NCBI RefSeq assembly: GCF_001447785.1
Contig: NW_015171606.1
Location: forward strand, 1-64,000
Length of the DNA stretch: 64,000 nt
Reading direction: 5' to 3'
Source: Gekko japonicus
Taxonomy: Eukaryota
The translations under genes and the position numbers were made by a program. Below the pieces are notes generated by a model. The model was not told where the DNA came from. It saw nothing but the letters and a program-made list of their open reading frames with translations, and made no database searches. Positions 38,101-50,100 of this stretch are shown here, in pieces (positions within the stretch are counted from its first letter, which is position 1; every line of letters starts with the position of its first letter).

Positions 38101-41100
38101 ACTACTACTATTATTATTTTAACATTTTGAGATCTCAGCCTAACAATTACAAAATGTGACAATAGTGTCTAGGTAAGTGGAAGGCTGGGGTCTGCTTCTA
38201 GTCATTATCTAAGGGGAAGGTCAGGGGTCGCAAGAGGTAGCCATGTTAGTCTGCGGCACCTTGAAGACTACAAAACTCATTCCAGTGTAAGTCTTATTGT
38301 GTGTCATGGGTAGGCTTGCCAAGTCCCCTCGGGGGGCGGGGAAAACCCTGCCCCAGAGGCCCGTTCCCCACCGGCGGCGGATTGGGCCCCAGTGGGAACC
38401 CCACCCCGACATCCACGTCACCCGGAAGTGATGCGACCACGCTGGGGGCGGGGCCACGGTCATCTGAGGGAAAACACTATGGTTTTCCCTTGGATGGTCG
38501 TGGCCCCGTGCCCGGCGTGGTCGCGTCACTTCTGAGTGACATGGATGCGGCGCGCGCGCACTCCAGCCGCCAACCGGGAGTCCCCCGCTGCGGTGAAAAT
38601 CAGACTTGGCAACCCTAGTCATGGGCCAGTCCACCAGATGCATGGAGTGAGTGTCCATAACAGTTAATTTTGGGGTTGCATGCAGCAGGCAGCTTTGGGG
38701 AGATGTTACAAAGAGAGAAGAGGCCACTTTGAAACTGTAACCAATTACTGCAATAGAGGGATCAGTCCACGCAGAGGTGGTTAAAGGAGCCCACTCCTGA
38801 CTGCAGAAGAGGGCAGAGTAGTATAAACATAAGATCTAATCAAGGAAGATATACTGTGAAGCCAGAGAAGCAGAATTAAAAGCTGCAAAGGGTGTGGGGT
38901 CTTGCTGAGCTTTTGATGCCTGCAGTGAGTGAGGGAACTAACTGGGGATGAAATAGTATTGAGTCTACTTGAGTCGGCATATCTTCCTTGGTGCACAAGG
39001 GGATGTGGGTTAAAAAGACTGGGTAGCTCTTACTGCAATCCGGATCCCCAAAAAAATTAGCTAGGCAGAAGCCTCTTTGAAATACCGGACTCACAGTAGC
39101 GATGTCTTCTATTTCAACAGAGCAACTACAACTAATCTTTTTTTGTTTGCCGTTGCACAACAAGTAAACGTTGTTTTAAAACCATGATCGATAAAATGTG
39201 TGTGCTTGCTCTGGTCGGCACCGCAGTGAAGTGAACCCGGAAACAAAACCGACTGCGGAACCAGGGCCGGCTCGCCCGCTAGCCAAACTAGGCCTTCGCC
39301 TAGAGCATGAGCCAGCCGTTAGGGCACGGGAGGAGAGGCAGGGGTGGCCGCCGACGCTCCTGGCCAGCAGCTGGGAGGAGCGCCAGGGCTGGAGGAGCTC
39401 TGCCGGCTGCAGTGTGGGCAGGGCGCGGCGCTGTAGCTGGCCGGCGGAGGAGCAAGCGAGGGGGTGGAGGCAGGGGCGGCCGCCAGCACGCCTGGCCAGC
39501 ATGGGCAGGGCACGGTGCTTTCCTTCCCCCCCCCCTGTGCCTCTCCTTGATACAGGAAAGTGGGGGGGGAGGATAAGGGAGACCTTCTCCTCCTCCCCCC
39601 CCCCGTCGAGAGGGCGTGCCTTGGGAGGTGGGGGGGGGCCCCACCGTGTCCCCCCACCCCCCAATTTGCAGTTATTATTCCCCCTCACACAGAGAGAGAG
39701 AGAGAGATGCCGACGGGGCCACGCTGCCACCTCGCCTTCCCTTCCCTCCCCCTCAAGGAGGCGCGGACTCACCAGGGCTGGGGGGGAGAGCCCGCGTCTT
39801 CCCTCCCCCAGGGGGTGGCGGCAGCACTTTCTCCTCCCCTACGTGAGGCGAGGCGGAGAGACTACAAAAGCCACCGGGCTTGGCTGCCCGGCTCGGCTCT
39901 CTTCCCCGCCCTGGCGGAGCTCTGAGGCTCCCGCTGCTCCCGCTGCTCCCGCTGCTCCTGCTGCCTGCCTCTTTCCTTCCTTCCCGCTCATCCCCCATCC
40001 ACTTCCAGGCCGCTCCCCCTTCGCCTTCCTCAGGCAGGCGGGCTGACTGACTGAGCCGCTTGCTCGCTCCCTCACTTGCCTCCTTTCCTCCCTCCCGGGG
40101 CGCACCCTGGGAGACGCCACTCCGCTCCCCTCTTCCCTCAGCTGCAAGGGAAGCCGGCCCTGGCTGGTGGGGCCAGCCCACAGTCTCCCTTTCCCTCCCT
40201 CCCTTCCCGCCTCAGGCCGCTTTCCTACTCGAGCCTGGCGGGGGGGGTGAGGCGGCAGTGCCTGCGGTGGGGGCAGAGGGAGAGTGCCACCGCCCCACCG
40301 CGTTCGCCGTTCTGGGGGCGGGCAAGCGGCGGGTCTCTCCCCCTCCCTGGCGGGCCTCTCCAGGGTGCCCCCACACGCTCCACACACACCCCGCGCGCTG
40401 TCTCCAGGCCCCGCCGGGAGCTTGGCATCTGCTCTCACGTAGAGCGCAGGACAACCTCGGGCCGGCCCTGTGTGGAACTACATCGCTGAGATTAGGCTTG
40501 ATTCTCTAGGGCTTCCATTTGATTCTGAGCAACAAAGTAGGCAAGGGTGCAGTTAGCCGTGACTCATTGGGAGAGTCAAAACCTGCATCTCCAGTAGCAG
40601 AGAGCAGATCACGGCTCCTTATAAGTGAATCGCCGCAATCCACTTCTGATGGGGAGAAAAAATAAAACACAGTGCTGTTGTGTTTGGGAACCAAATCTGC
40701 TCCTCGGCACTGTTGCTGCGTGGGTTTGCTTTCCCCCCCAACAGGCATCCCCGAAAGGTTGGATGCAGCTGTCAAGAGACTAGATCCTATGAACTTCCAG
40801 CCATGTCCTTTATTGCGTGTTGTTACAGGAGTCTTGCAAGCTGAAAATAAAAAGGGGTCGAAGCGATACACTGGGGGGGGGGGGGGTATGGTACTTAATC
40901 AGTTGCTTCAATAAAATTATTTTGAAGTCCAAGATGATGATTTAAATGTTCTTGTACCAATTCTAGACTTCAGCCATGAAGTACACAGCTCTGTCTGCTG
41001 CATCACTCGGTGAGAATGTATTGAGTTCAAACCACAGCGATCCATCCCGGCAGATGAGTAGCCATAATGCCTCCGAACAAGTGACGGCCAAGGCAAACGC

Positions 41101-44100
41101 TGGAGAAGGTGGAATAAAAAATTAGCATGATGCATTCTTTATGTCGCTTTGTTTTTTTTTATTTTGGAGAGTCAGCATTTCCCTCTCAGGACATTCAGGA
41201 TAAATGTAATAATTGCACGGGGTTGACAAGGGAGTCTGAACATCATCTGAGCACAAAGTTAAGAGTGGGCTTAGTCAAGACTCTCTGGTCTTGCAAAATT
41301 CAGTTAGGGACCCAAGATAAAATTGCTTGGTGTGAAGCAATGTCCATTTGCTGTTCTTTTCTATAATATTCACAGTGAGTCTTTACAAGGTTTCATTCTG
41401 AGCCTCGCAACTGAAGTTCTGTTAATTTCACAATGTATGAATGGTGGTAAAGTGGCCATTAACAGGAAGGCCGTAATCCTCATGGTCTCTCTTGTTAATG
41501 TTGTCGAAGGCTTTTACGGCCAGAGTTCATTAGCTGTTGTAGATTTTCTGGGTTGTATGGCCCGGGTTGTATCTTTCTGCGTTATACCTCTGAGAACGCC
41601 AGTCACAGTTACTGGTGAAACGTCAGGTCCTACAGGGTCAAGACCACGGCCATACAACCCGGAAAATCTACAGCAGCTAATCTCTCTTGTTACTTCAAAT
41701 AAATGCATGTTGCTGATTCCATAGGTATAGATGCGTGTCTCTAGATTCTTTTATCTTAAAAAGAAAATCTAGCTAACATGGCCCCAAATCTGACTTGAAG
41801 GAACGTTGAATTCTTGAGACTCTGTTTAAATAATACAAACTGAATATGATTGTGTATAATTCTACTACTTCTGGCAAGATGCATAACTGAGATGAAGACT
41901 AGGTGCATCCCCAGTGGCTGTTCAGAGCCTTAAATGCTGCCAACTTCCTTTCTCTAATGAAAGTTCTGCTCTGGGATTTCACTCTTCCACAGCATGATTA
42001 CAGAATGCACAATCTCCCTGACCGCAGGTAGAACATTAATTCATTTGTTAACAGATCCAGTTGGTCAGCTGTGTTGGTCCGAAGCAGTACAACAAATTTA
42101 GAGTCCAGGGGAACCTTTAAGACCAACAAAGGTTTATTCAAGGTGTGAGCTTCTGTGTGCACACACTCTTTATCGAATACCTTAGAATGGCATGCTAGGT
42201 TCAAACTCATAGCCAGAGAATGAACAACAAATTAACATGTAACATGATGATCATCAAGATATGCAAAGTGACACTAAATAATAAATCAAGGTTATAGGGT
42301 CAACAGTTGTAAAGCAATAAATATGTCAAACTAGCAGAAAAAATGTCTAAAGGTTTCTTTTCTAATTGTGGGAAGTGTCTGGGAATCTTCATTCTCCCCT
42401 GTCAGGCATGGAGGGCACTTAACACTACCTCCCCCTCCAAAAAAATGCTGTTATGTCAGCACACATGTATGCAAGGGATATTAGGATGTATTTGATACTT
42501 CCCTTTATTATAGGTCACTGTGGCTCAGAGGTTAAAGACACTGAGCTGCAGATCGGAAGGTCTGTAGTTCAGCAGTTCGAGACCCTAGTGCCATGTAATG
42601 GAGTCAGCGCCCGCCTCTGGCCCCAGCTCCTGCCAACCTAGCAGTTCAAAAGCAAGAAATTGCAAGTAGATAAATAGGTACCACTTAGGTGGGAAGGTAA
42701 CAGCATTCTGTGTGCCTCCACATTTAGTCATGACCACGGAAATGTCTTCGGACAGCGCTGGCTCTTTGGCTTGGAAACGGAGACGAGCACTGCCCCCTAG
42801 AGTCGGATTCGACTGGCTTTCGAGCAAGGGAAACCTTTACCTTTTATTATAGGAATGGAACGGAACGTGGCCAGGGATAGACCTGCTTCACTTAGGAGGC
42901 AAGAAAACTTTATCAAATAAATCGACAAGTAATAATGAATAGCAATTGGAAAAATTAATTTGGGGTTAAGAGGCGTAAGAAAAACAAAAGTTGTATGAAT
43001 TGTATAATGATATATTTTCGGAATGTAGAATTAAGTTTGTGGGAACATTCCCAACTGGATTATAAATATAGGACAATAGATATATTAGAAATCAATCCAA
43101 TTTGGGCATATTGTAGGTTATCTTTGATAAATTAGTTTAAATGTTATTCCTTCCTTTGTTATGATGTTTTGTATAAACTTGCATTATGGGAATTAAACGC
43201 AAAATAAAATATTAAAAAATGCAAGAAAACTTTATCAAAAACGTATTTGATAAAGTATGCGTGCACACAAAAGCTCATACCTTGAATAAGCTCATACCTT
43301 GAATAAACCTTTGTTGGTCTTAAACGTGCCATTGAACTCTAAAATCATTTGTCAACAGTTTACCTAAGCTTCGTGGGTTCAGTATTGTAAAAAAGATCCG
43401 GTCGCCTCTGTTCGTGGCAGGGTTTTCCCTTAGTCTTCAATCATCCCCATGGGATTCCCACTTACATATGTCTGTGCATTGTTTTTCATTTGTTCCTTGC
43501 AGGGTGCAACGATGCTTTTGTGGAAGTGGGCATGCCGAGAAGCCCTTCGCATTCTGCAAATGCCAGCGACCTGAAGCAAATGATGAGTTCCTCCAAGCCG
43601 CCCTGTGCGAAGAGGCAGACCGTAGAGTTGTTGCAAGGCACCAAAAACTCGCACTTGCAGTATGTTGCATTCATAAGTATGAGACCATAGAAAGTGCAGT
43701 GGGGACAATCGGTTGCCCTCTTGAGTGGAATGAGCTGCTCGGTCATTTGTGATCCCCCAGTTTTTGTCCTCATGGTCCATGCACAGATTCAAGCCTGGTT
43801 CCGGGTTTTGGGGTGCCCTGGGCAAAGTGCACCTGACCACTGCCAGGCCCTCCCTTCTCACACCCCTTCCTGCTAAGCCCGCATGGGGTGAAATGGCTAC
43901 ACCTGTGACAATCCCTCAACAACACACACCTAGCCGAGGGGCTTTTTGTTCCTTCTTGAGAGTCGTATCTGTGTCGTAACACTTACGTAACACTCTGTTT
44001 TCAAAGTGGTTTAAGGACGTCGTGGTGGTGGTGGCTTATAGTCCAGGCTTATAGTTATAGAGAAAGAGGTACTTTTCTCCTTTTCTCACAATACAAGAAC

Positions 44101-47100
44101 TCGTGGGCACTCCATGAAATTGCTGAGCGGTCGGGTTAGAACGGATAAAAGGAAGTACCTCTTCACCCAAAGAGTGATTAACACATGGAATTCACTGCCA
44201 CAGGAAGTGGTGGCGGCTACAAGCATGGACGGCTTCAAAAGGGAATTAGATAGGCATATGGAGCAGAGGTCCATCAGTGGCTATTAGCCATAAGGTATAG
44301 ATAGGGGCTCTGGGGCAAGTGATGCTCTGTCTTCTCGGTGCTTGGGGGGGCCAACAGTGGGAGGGCTTCTAATGTCCTGGCCCCACTGGTGGACCTCCTG
44401 ATGGCACCTTGTATTTTTGGCCACTGTGTGACAGAGTGTTGGACTAGATGGGCCTTTGGCCTGATCCAACATTGGTGTCTCTTATGTTCTTATGTTCTTA
44501 CCTTTCTAGCTAAAACTCAAGATGGATTACATAGTGTAAATCAAGTGCATTCAATAGGATGGGGCATCCAGTGAGCAATAAAATAGTGCTTGGGTTATAG
44601 AAATCAGAAAAGAAACAATAATCGCGAAAGTTGTCTAAAGAGCCTAACAACCCCGTAAGGTGTAAGCAGATATTAGCCTGATATTGCAGGGGAGGATGGC
44701 TAAAGAAAGACACCTGCTGTGAATTCATGGTTAGAATCTGGGAATTCCTGATTCAGTGTGTGACCCACGACACTAGCTCCCTAGAGGAAATGTGTTTTCA
44801 AATGAGTTCTTAGTCAAAGCAACTAACTATAACTACCTCTGCATGGACTAGCTTTTGTGTTACTTGAGTCCTGAGGTTGCTGCTTCTGCATGGCCGTGGC
44901 TTATGCCGCTCTAGCAAAGTGTGAGCTTGGAAAACCATGTGGGAGGGGGTGTATAATGTTTTCTTGTTTCCACAACAATGTCTCTGGCACAAGGAAAAAG
45001 GTAAAAGCAGCATCCTGGGACACAGCTATGTCATGTGACCCTCTGAGGTGATCTTTTTATTCCATTCTAAACTCAGAATGGTATTAGAAAGAAGCCATAT
45101 TGAAGTGGCAGCCATCTTGATGAATGGTATTAGAAAGAAGCCATATTGAAGTGGCAGCCATCTTGCTGAGGTAACATGAGAATTCCCTTAGGAAAACTAA
45201 GATGGTTCAGTTAACAGTGTTCACTTACCCTCTGTTTAGGGGCATTTAGATCAGAAAGGTCCCATATTATTTGAAGAAGAAGAGAAGAAGAGATTGGATT
45301 TATACCCCGCCCTTCACTACCCAAAGGTGTCTCAGAGTGGCGTACAAACTCTTTTCCCTTCCCCTCCCCACAACAGACACCCTGTGAGGTAGTTGGGGCT
45401 GAGAGAGCTCTTGACAGAAACTGCTCTTTTCCAAGAACAGCTCTGAGAGAACTATGGCTTGCCCAAGGTCATCCAGCCAGGTGCAAGTGGAGGAGTGGGG
45501 AATCAAACACGGTTCTCCCAGATTAGAGTCCGTGCACTTAACCACTACACCAAACTGGCTCACTGAAGGGTTAGGAGGGAGCTTGTGGGTGAATATTGGG
45601 AGACAGAGAGTGGGCTTTGGTGTAGTTTCGTGTAGAGGTTAAGTGTGTGGACTCTAGTATGGGAGAACCGGGTTTGATTCCCTATTCCTGCACTTGCAGC
45701 TGCTGGATGACCTTGGGCAAGCCATAGTTCTCTCAGAGCTGTTCTCTCAAGGACAGTTCTGGAAAGAGCTCTCTCAGCCCCACCTACCTCACAGGGTGTC
45801 TGTTGTGGGGAGGGGAAGGGGTTTGTAAGCCGCTCTGAGACTCTGAGTGAAGGGAGGGGTATAAATACAATCTCTTCTCTTCTTTATTAACTTAGTTATC
45901 TCTCCTCTGAGCTCCACCAGTAACACTGAGTCAACACAAAGGGAGAGGCACACAGCTTCCTGTGTACCACACAGGTTAGAATTGGGTGGGTTTTGCTTTC
46001 CATTTTCTGTGACCCTGCTCTGCTCTGAGAACTGGGAGGGAAAGAACCTTGCAGCTAAATTTGAACCACGACTCCAGTGTATATCCATTCCATACTTCTG
46101 GTGTTCTATGCCACAACTAGCTAGTTTTCCCGTTCCAGAAAAATATGCCTTCAAATATGCTCCATAGTACATGGAATTTCAGTATTAAAAAATTAAATGA
46201 CAATTTAATACCAAAAAGTGAAAACCAAGGATTGTAAATTAGGTTTTCTGTTGCTAATCTTCTGTCTGTCTACTATGTATAGGGCTGCCAAATGTGGGCG
46301 GGGGGCGGGGAATCCCCCGCTTTGAAGGGCCGATTTCCGATGCGGCGGAATCGGGCCCCGGGGGAACCCCGCCCCCAGCGTGCCTACGTCACTTCCGAGT
46401 GACTTGCGCGCGCACACACCCACGACGCCGGCCGGGACCCCCCCGCTCCGGGCGAAGACGGATTTGGCAACCCTAACTATGTAACACCTACTTACACATC
46501 TGGGAGAGGTCATCTGACATATCCTGATTACTTGATTTCTCTTTTTCAACTAATACTGGGTAGGTGGAACTTGTGAATAGAGTGAGTGGTGGGCCGAATA
46601 AGAGCTATTCAATAGAAATTGGATCCAGACAAGGCCGAAGGTGCTCTTGGTGGTCAGTTTCTGTGTTCAAGGAAGTGGCACTAAACCTGTTTTAGACCTG
46701 CTAAGAACTGTATGGAACAGCACAGTTTCAAAGGCTGAAGTATTTCTTAAGAAAGGGGGTACTGACATCTTCCAATTTTCCCCTCCCTCCACATCCCACT
46801 TGAGCCCCCTAACATTTTGTTCCTGGGAAGCTGGCAAACCCTCAAGAACACCGTAGTGAAGTCTGCTGTGAAAGCAGAAAGTAGGGGGAAGCAGGTGTTA
46901 AGGACACAAGTCCCAAAGTGCATGATTGGATGCAGGCCACCATCTTGTTATCTTGCCCTTCCTCCAGAGAGCTCAGTGTGGCATATATAATTCTTCCTCC
47001 TCTGTTTTTTCTTCACACAACAATCCTGTTGGGATGGATTGGCCCAAGCTCACCCAGTCATCTGACACAACACTCTGCCGACTGAAACTGGGCTGCACTC

Positions 47101-50100
47101 TCCCCTAAGGACCACGTTTGCCTCTGGGGGATGCTATTTATTGGTCCCAGCGCTTTCTTTGAAGGCTCATGTCCTCCATGGTATGAAGGAACCTTCTGGC
47201 TTCAGGTGGTGACCCCTCCTAGGGTATAGTCTTGCCACAGCTATTCACGCGTGTCTTATCATCCATGCAAGGCTGTTGCAACACATTGTACATGAGCCCA
47301 CTTCGAAGAATCTTCAGTATCTTTCCTATGAGGAAAGGTTAAAGCGCTTAGGGCTCTTTAGCTTGGAGAAACGACGACTGAGGGGTGACATGATCGAGGT
47401 TTATAAGATTATGCATGGGAAAGAGCTGGTAGAGAAAGAGGTACTTTTCTCCTTTTCTCACAATACAAGAACTCGTGGGCACTCCATGAAACTGCTGAGC
47501 GGTCGGGTTATAACAGATCAAAGGAAGTACTTCTTCACCCAAAGAGTGATTAACACATGGAATTCACTGCCACAGGAAGTGGTGGCGGCTTCAAGCATGG
47601 ACGGCTTCAAAAGGGAATTAGATAAGCATATGGAGCAGAGGTCCATCAGTGGCTATTAGCCACAAGGTATAGATAGGGGCTCTGGGGCAAGTGATGCTCT
47701 GTCTTCTTGGTGCTTGGGGGGGGGTCAACAGTGGGAGGGCTTCTAATGTCCTGGCCCCACTGCTGGACCTCCTGATGGCACCTGGTATTTCTGGCCACCG
47801 TGTGACACAGAGTGTTGGACTGGATGGGCCTTTGGCCTGATCCAACATTGGTGTCTCTTATGTTCTTATGTTATCTTCCTTGGCTCTGGGGTAGAGCAGC
47901 CAAAATAGCTTAGGATTCTGGTACCTAAATGACTGCTGGTTCCCCTGTAAACCTGCCTGTGCTTTGAGGTCCCGGCTGCAATTGCAGCTCCTCTTGCCTT
48001 CTGAGGTTAGGCTGGTGGAACCTGGAGGTATTGGTCTTCCCCATGGCAGTATCCTATTTGTGGGATTTCCACCTCCCCAAGGGAATGCAAGTGTTATCAG
48101 ATTTACTGAGTCTTAGTCTGAAATGTTTTGTCCTAAGCCACAGGTCAGGAAGCTGAACTTTTAAAAAGTTCCACTGGCTGCTCCTTGCTGGTAACGCACA
48201 TTTGTTTTATTTTTATGTTGTGTTTCTCTTTGTAATTTATTGCAGCCATTCTGAGCACTTGGGGAAAAAATGCAAAGAAGTCTCTGTTTGCAAAAGGAAG
48301 CTAAGCTCCTCTTTGCTTCTTGCAATTGTACTTTAATCGTTTCTCCATGATATTTAGATTTTTCTAGTGTGTATTTATTTATCCGGGGAAGGAAATTCTG
48401 ATTATGGACAATGAGCCCCCAAACTCTCTCCATGCTTTGATCTGAGTTTGCTGGAAGCGAACGCGTGCAATTGTGGCCATGGACACCAAAAGCAAAACAT
48501 TAGCCGATCGCCTGCTATGTCATCTGTTTAAAAAAAGAGCTTTAACATTCTGGAGGAATACGTGCCGCGTGATTGATAGCCCACTTCCTAAAGAATAGGT
48601 GCTTAAATCCATCTTGCCTTTAAATTCTGTTTTCCTTTATATTTATTTAACGGGGGGAAACCTTCTTTATTTTTACAGCACCGCAGAGAGGTTACTGTCG
48701 GATTCTGAGCTGAGCGCTTCAGAGGGCCCCGTGGCAGATAAAAAAGCCCCCGGAAGTGAGCGAGCGGCTGAGAGGGCCGCAGCTGCCCAGCAGAATTCGG
48801 AAAGGGCCCGCCTTGCTCCGCGGTCATCGTATGCGAACATGCAGGTATTGGGCGTGGATTCAGTCAGCCGTGCATTCCCGTGGTGGCCTGTAAACCAGGG
48901 GTGGTCCCACAGGCAGCTCGCAGAGCAATTTAATCTGGTCCCAGCAATCTTAGCAATTTTTTTTCCAATTTGGGCTACAGTTTCTCATGCTGAAGGAAAG
49001 GAAGCTCTTTTCCCCAAAGGAGGTGGTGGGGAATCCATACTTGAAACCTAACTGTCCCTTTGGGTTGCGTTTATAATATCCCACCTCTGCTTCTTCTGAA
49101 ACTGCTGGATAATTTCGTTTTCGGTTCCCGTGCTTGACCGACCGTGTGTGTGCCTGTGGAATGTGTGTGAGACAGTTTTGTGTGACAAAAACAACTCTTC
49201 TGGCTCCCAGACCAGCCCCCCATCTGGGGTCTAAAGAGGTTTCCAGGAATGCAGATATAAACTTACGGACGGCAATAAGTGCCTCTCTAGAAACATCTGG
49301 TAACAGTGACTGACTTGATGTTCTGTGACTTTGAGCCCGCTTCTTCCCTGTAGGAACTATTCACTTCTCTGGCATCTGCAAGTGTAACTAATGAAAAGCA
49401 AAGGATGATTTTCTGGCTGGAGGCGGTCTCCTGAGCAGTGTTCCCTCTAAGCTGAGTGAGTGTGAGCTAGCCCACAGTTTTTTAGCCTCCAGCTCACACA
49501 TTTTTGTCTTCGCTCAGGAAGGAGGGTTCCAGAGCAAACTGATTTATGCCGTAGCCAAATCACTTAGCTCGCTGTGAGCTAAGACAAAGAATTTAATGCC
49601 AGTAGCTCACAAAGTAGAATTTTTGCTCACAGGACTCCAAAGCTTAGAGGGAGCATTGGTTACAAGGGCAAGACGACAGGCACTGTGAAGATCTGTGGCG
49701 TGTGAAGGCCAGTGGTAAAAGTTAGTGTGTTGCGCCGCTGCCCCCCCCATCACTCCCACCTAATTGCAGGGGCTATTCCTGAGTGCCTTTGGCTGACAAA
49801 TGGCACTTTATTCCCATTTTGGTGATCAAGAGGCCAAAATCCGACAATGGGAAGAAAAGAAGCTGAAAAAGCAAGCCACAACGAGCTTTGCTTACTAGTA
49901 TATATTTATAAAGAAGATCAAAGTTTGGGGCATAGTTGTTCTAGAGGAAACTGTCACCTGAAATCTGAATACTTTGGGGGGAAAGATTGTGCTTGAAAAT
50001 TCTGCATTGCGGTTATTGCTAAACCTTTACTCAAAGGGTGTTTACTGCCCTAATTAGCTTGGTTTAAATGAAAGTTTAAAGTATATCAGAAGTTCATTGG

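Larger units (their letters stand above)
42055..43345. mobile_element. Pair of inverted Penelope-like terminal fragments (42055-42330 and 43243-43345) with later insertions between them
   Basis: gagtccaggggaacctttaagaccaacaaagg versus cctttgttggtcttaaacgtgccattgaactc; each carries a degenerate hammerhead motif. Confidence 0.65.

Noticed and set aside
39176-40509. Overlapping ORFs of 140-282 aa on both strands
   Set aside because: Low-complexity Pro/Gly/Arg/Ala ORFs expected from very high GC content; no recognisable domain.
48671-48686. Possible NAGNAG or shifted acceptor at exon 15
   Set aside because: The AG at 48677-48678 gives the expected 166-bp exon and frame; the downstream AG at 48685-48686 would shift the frame.
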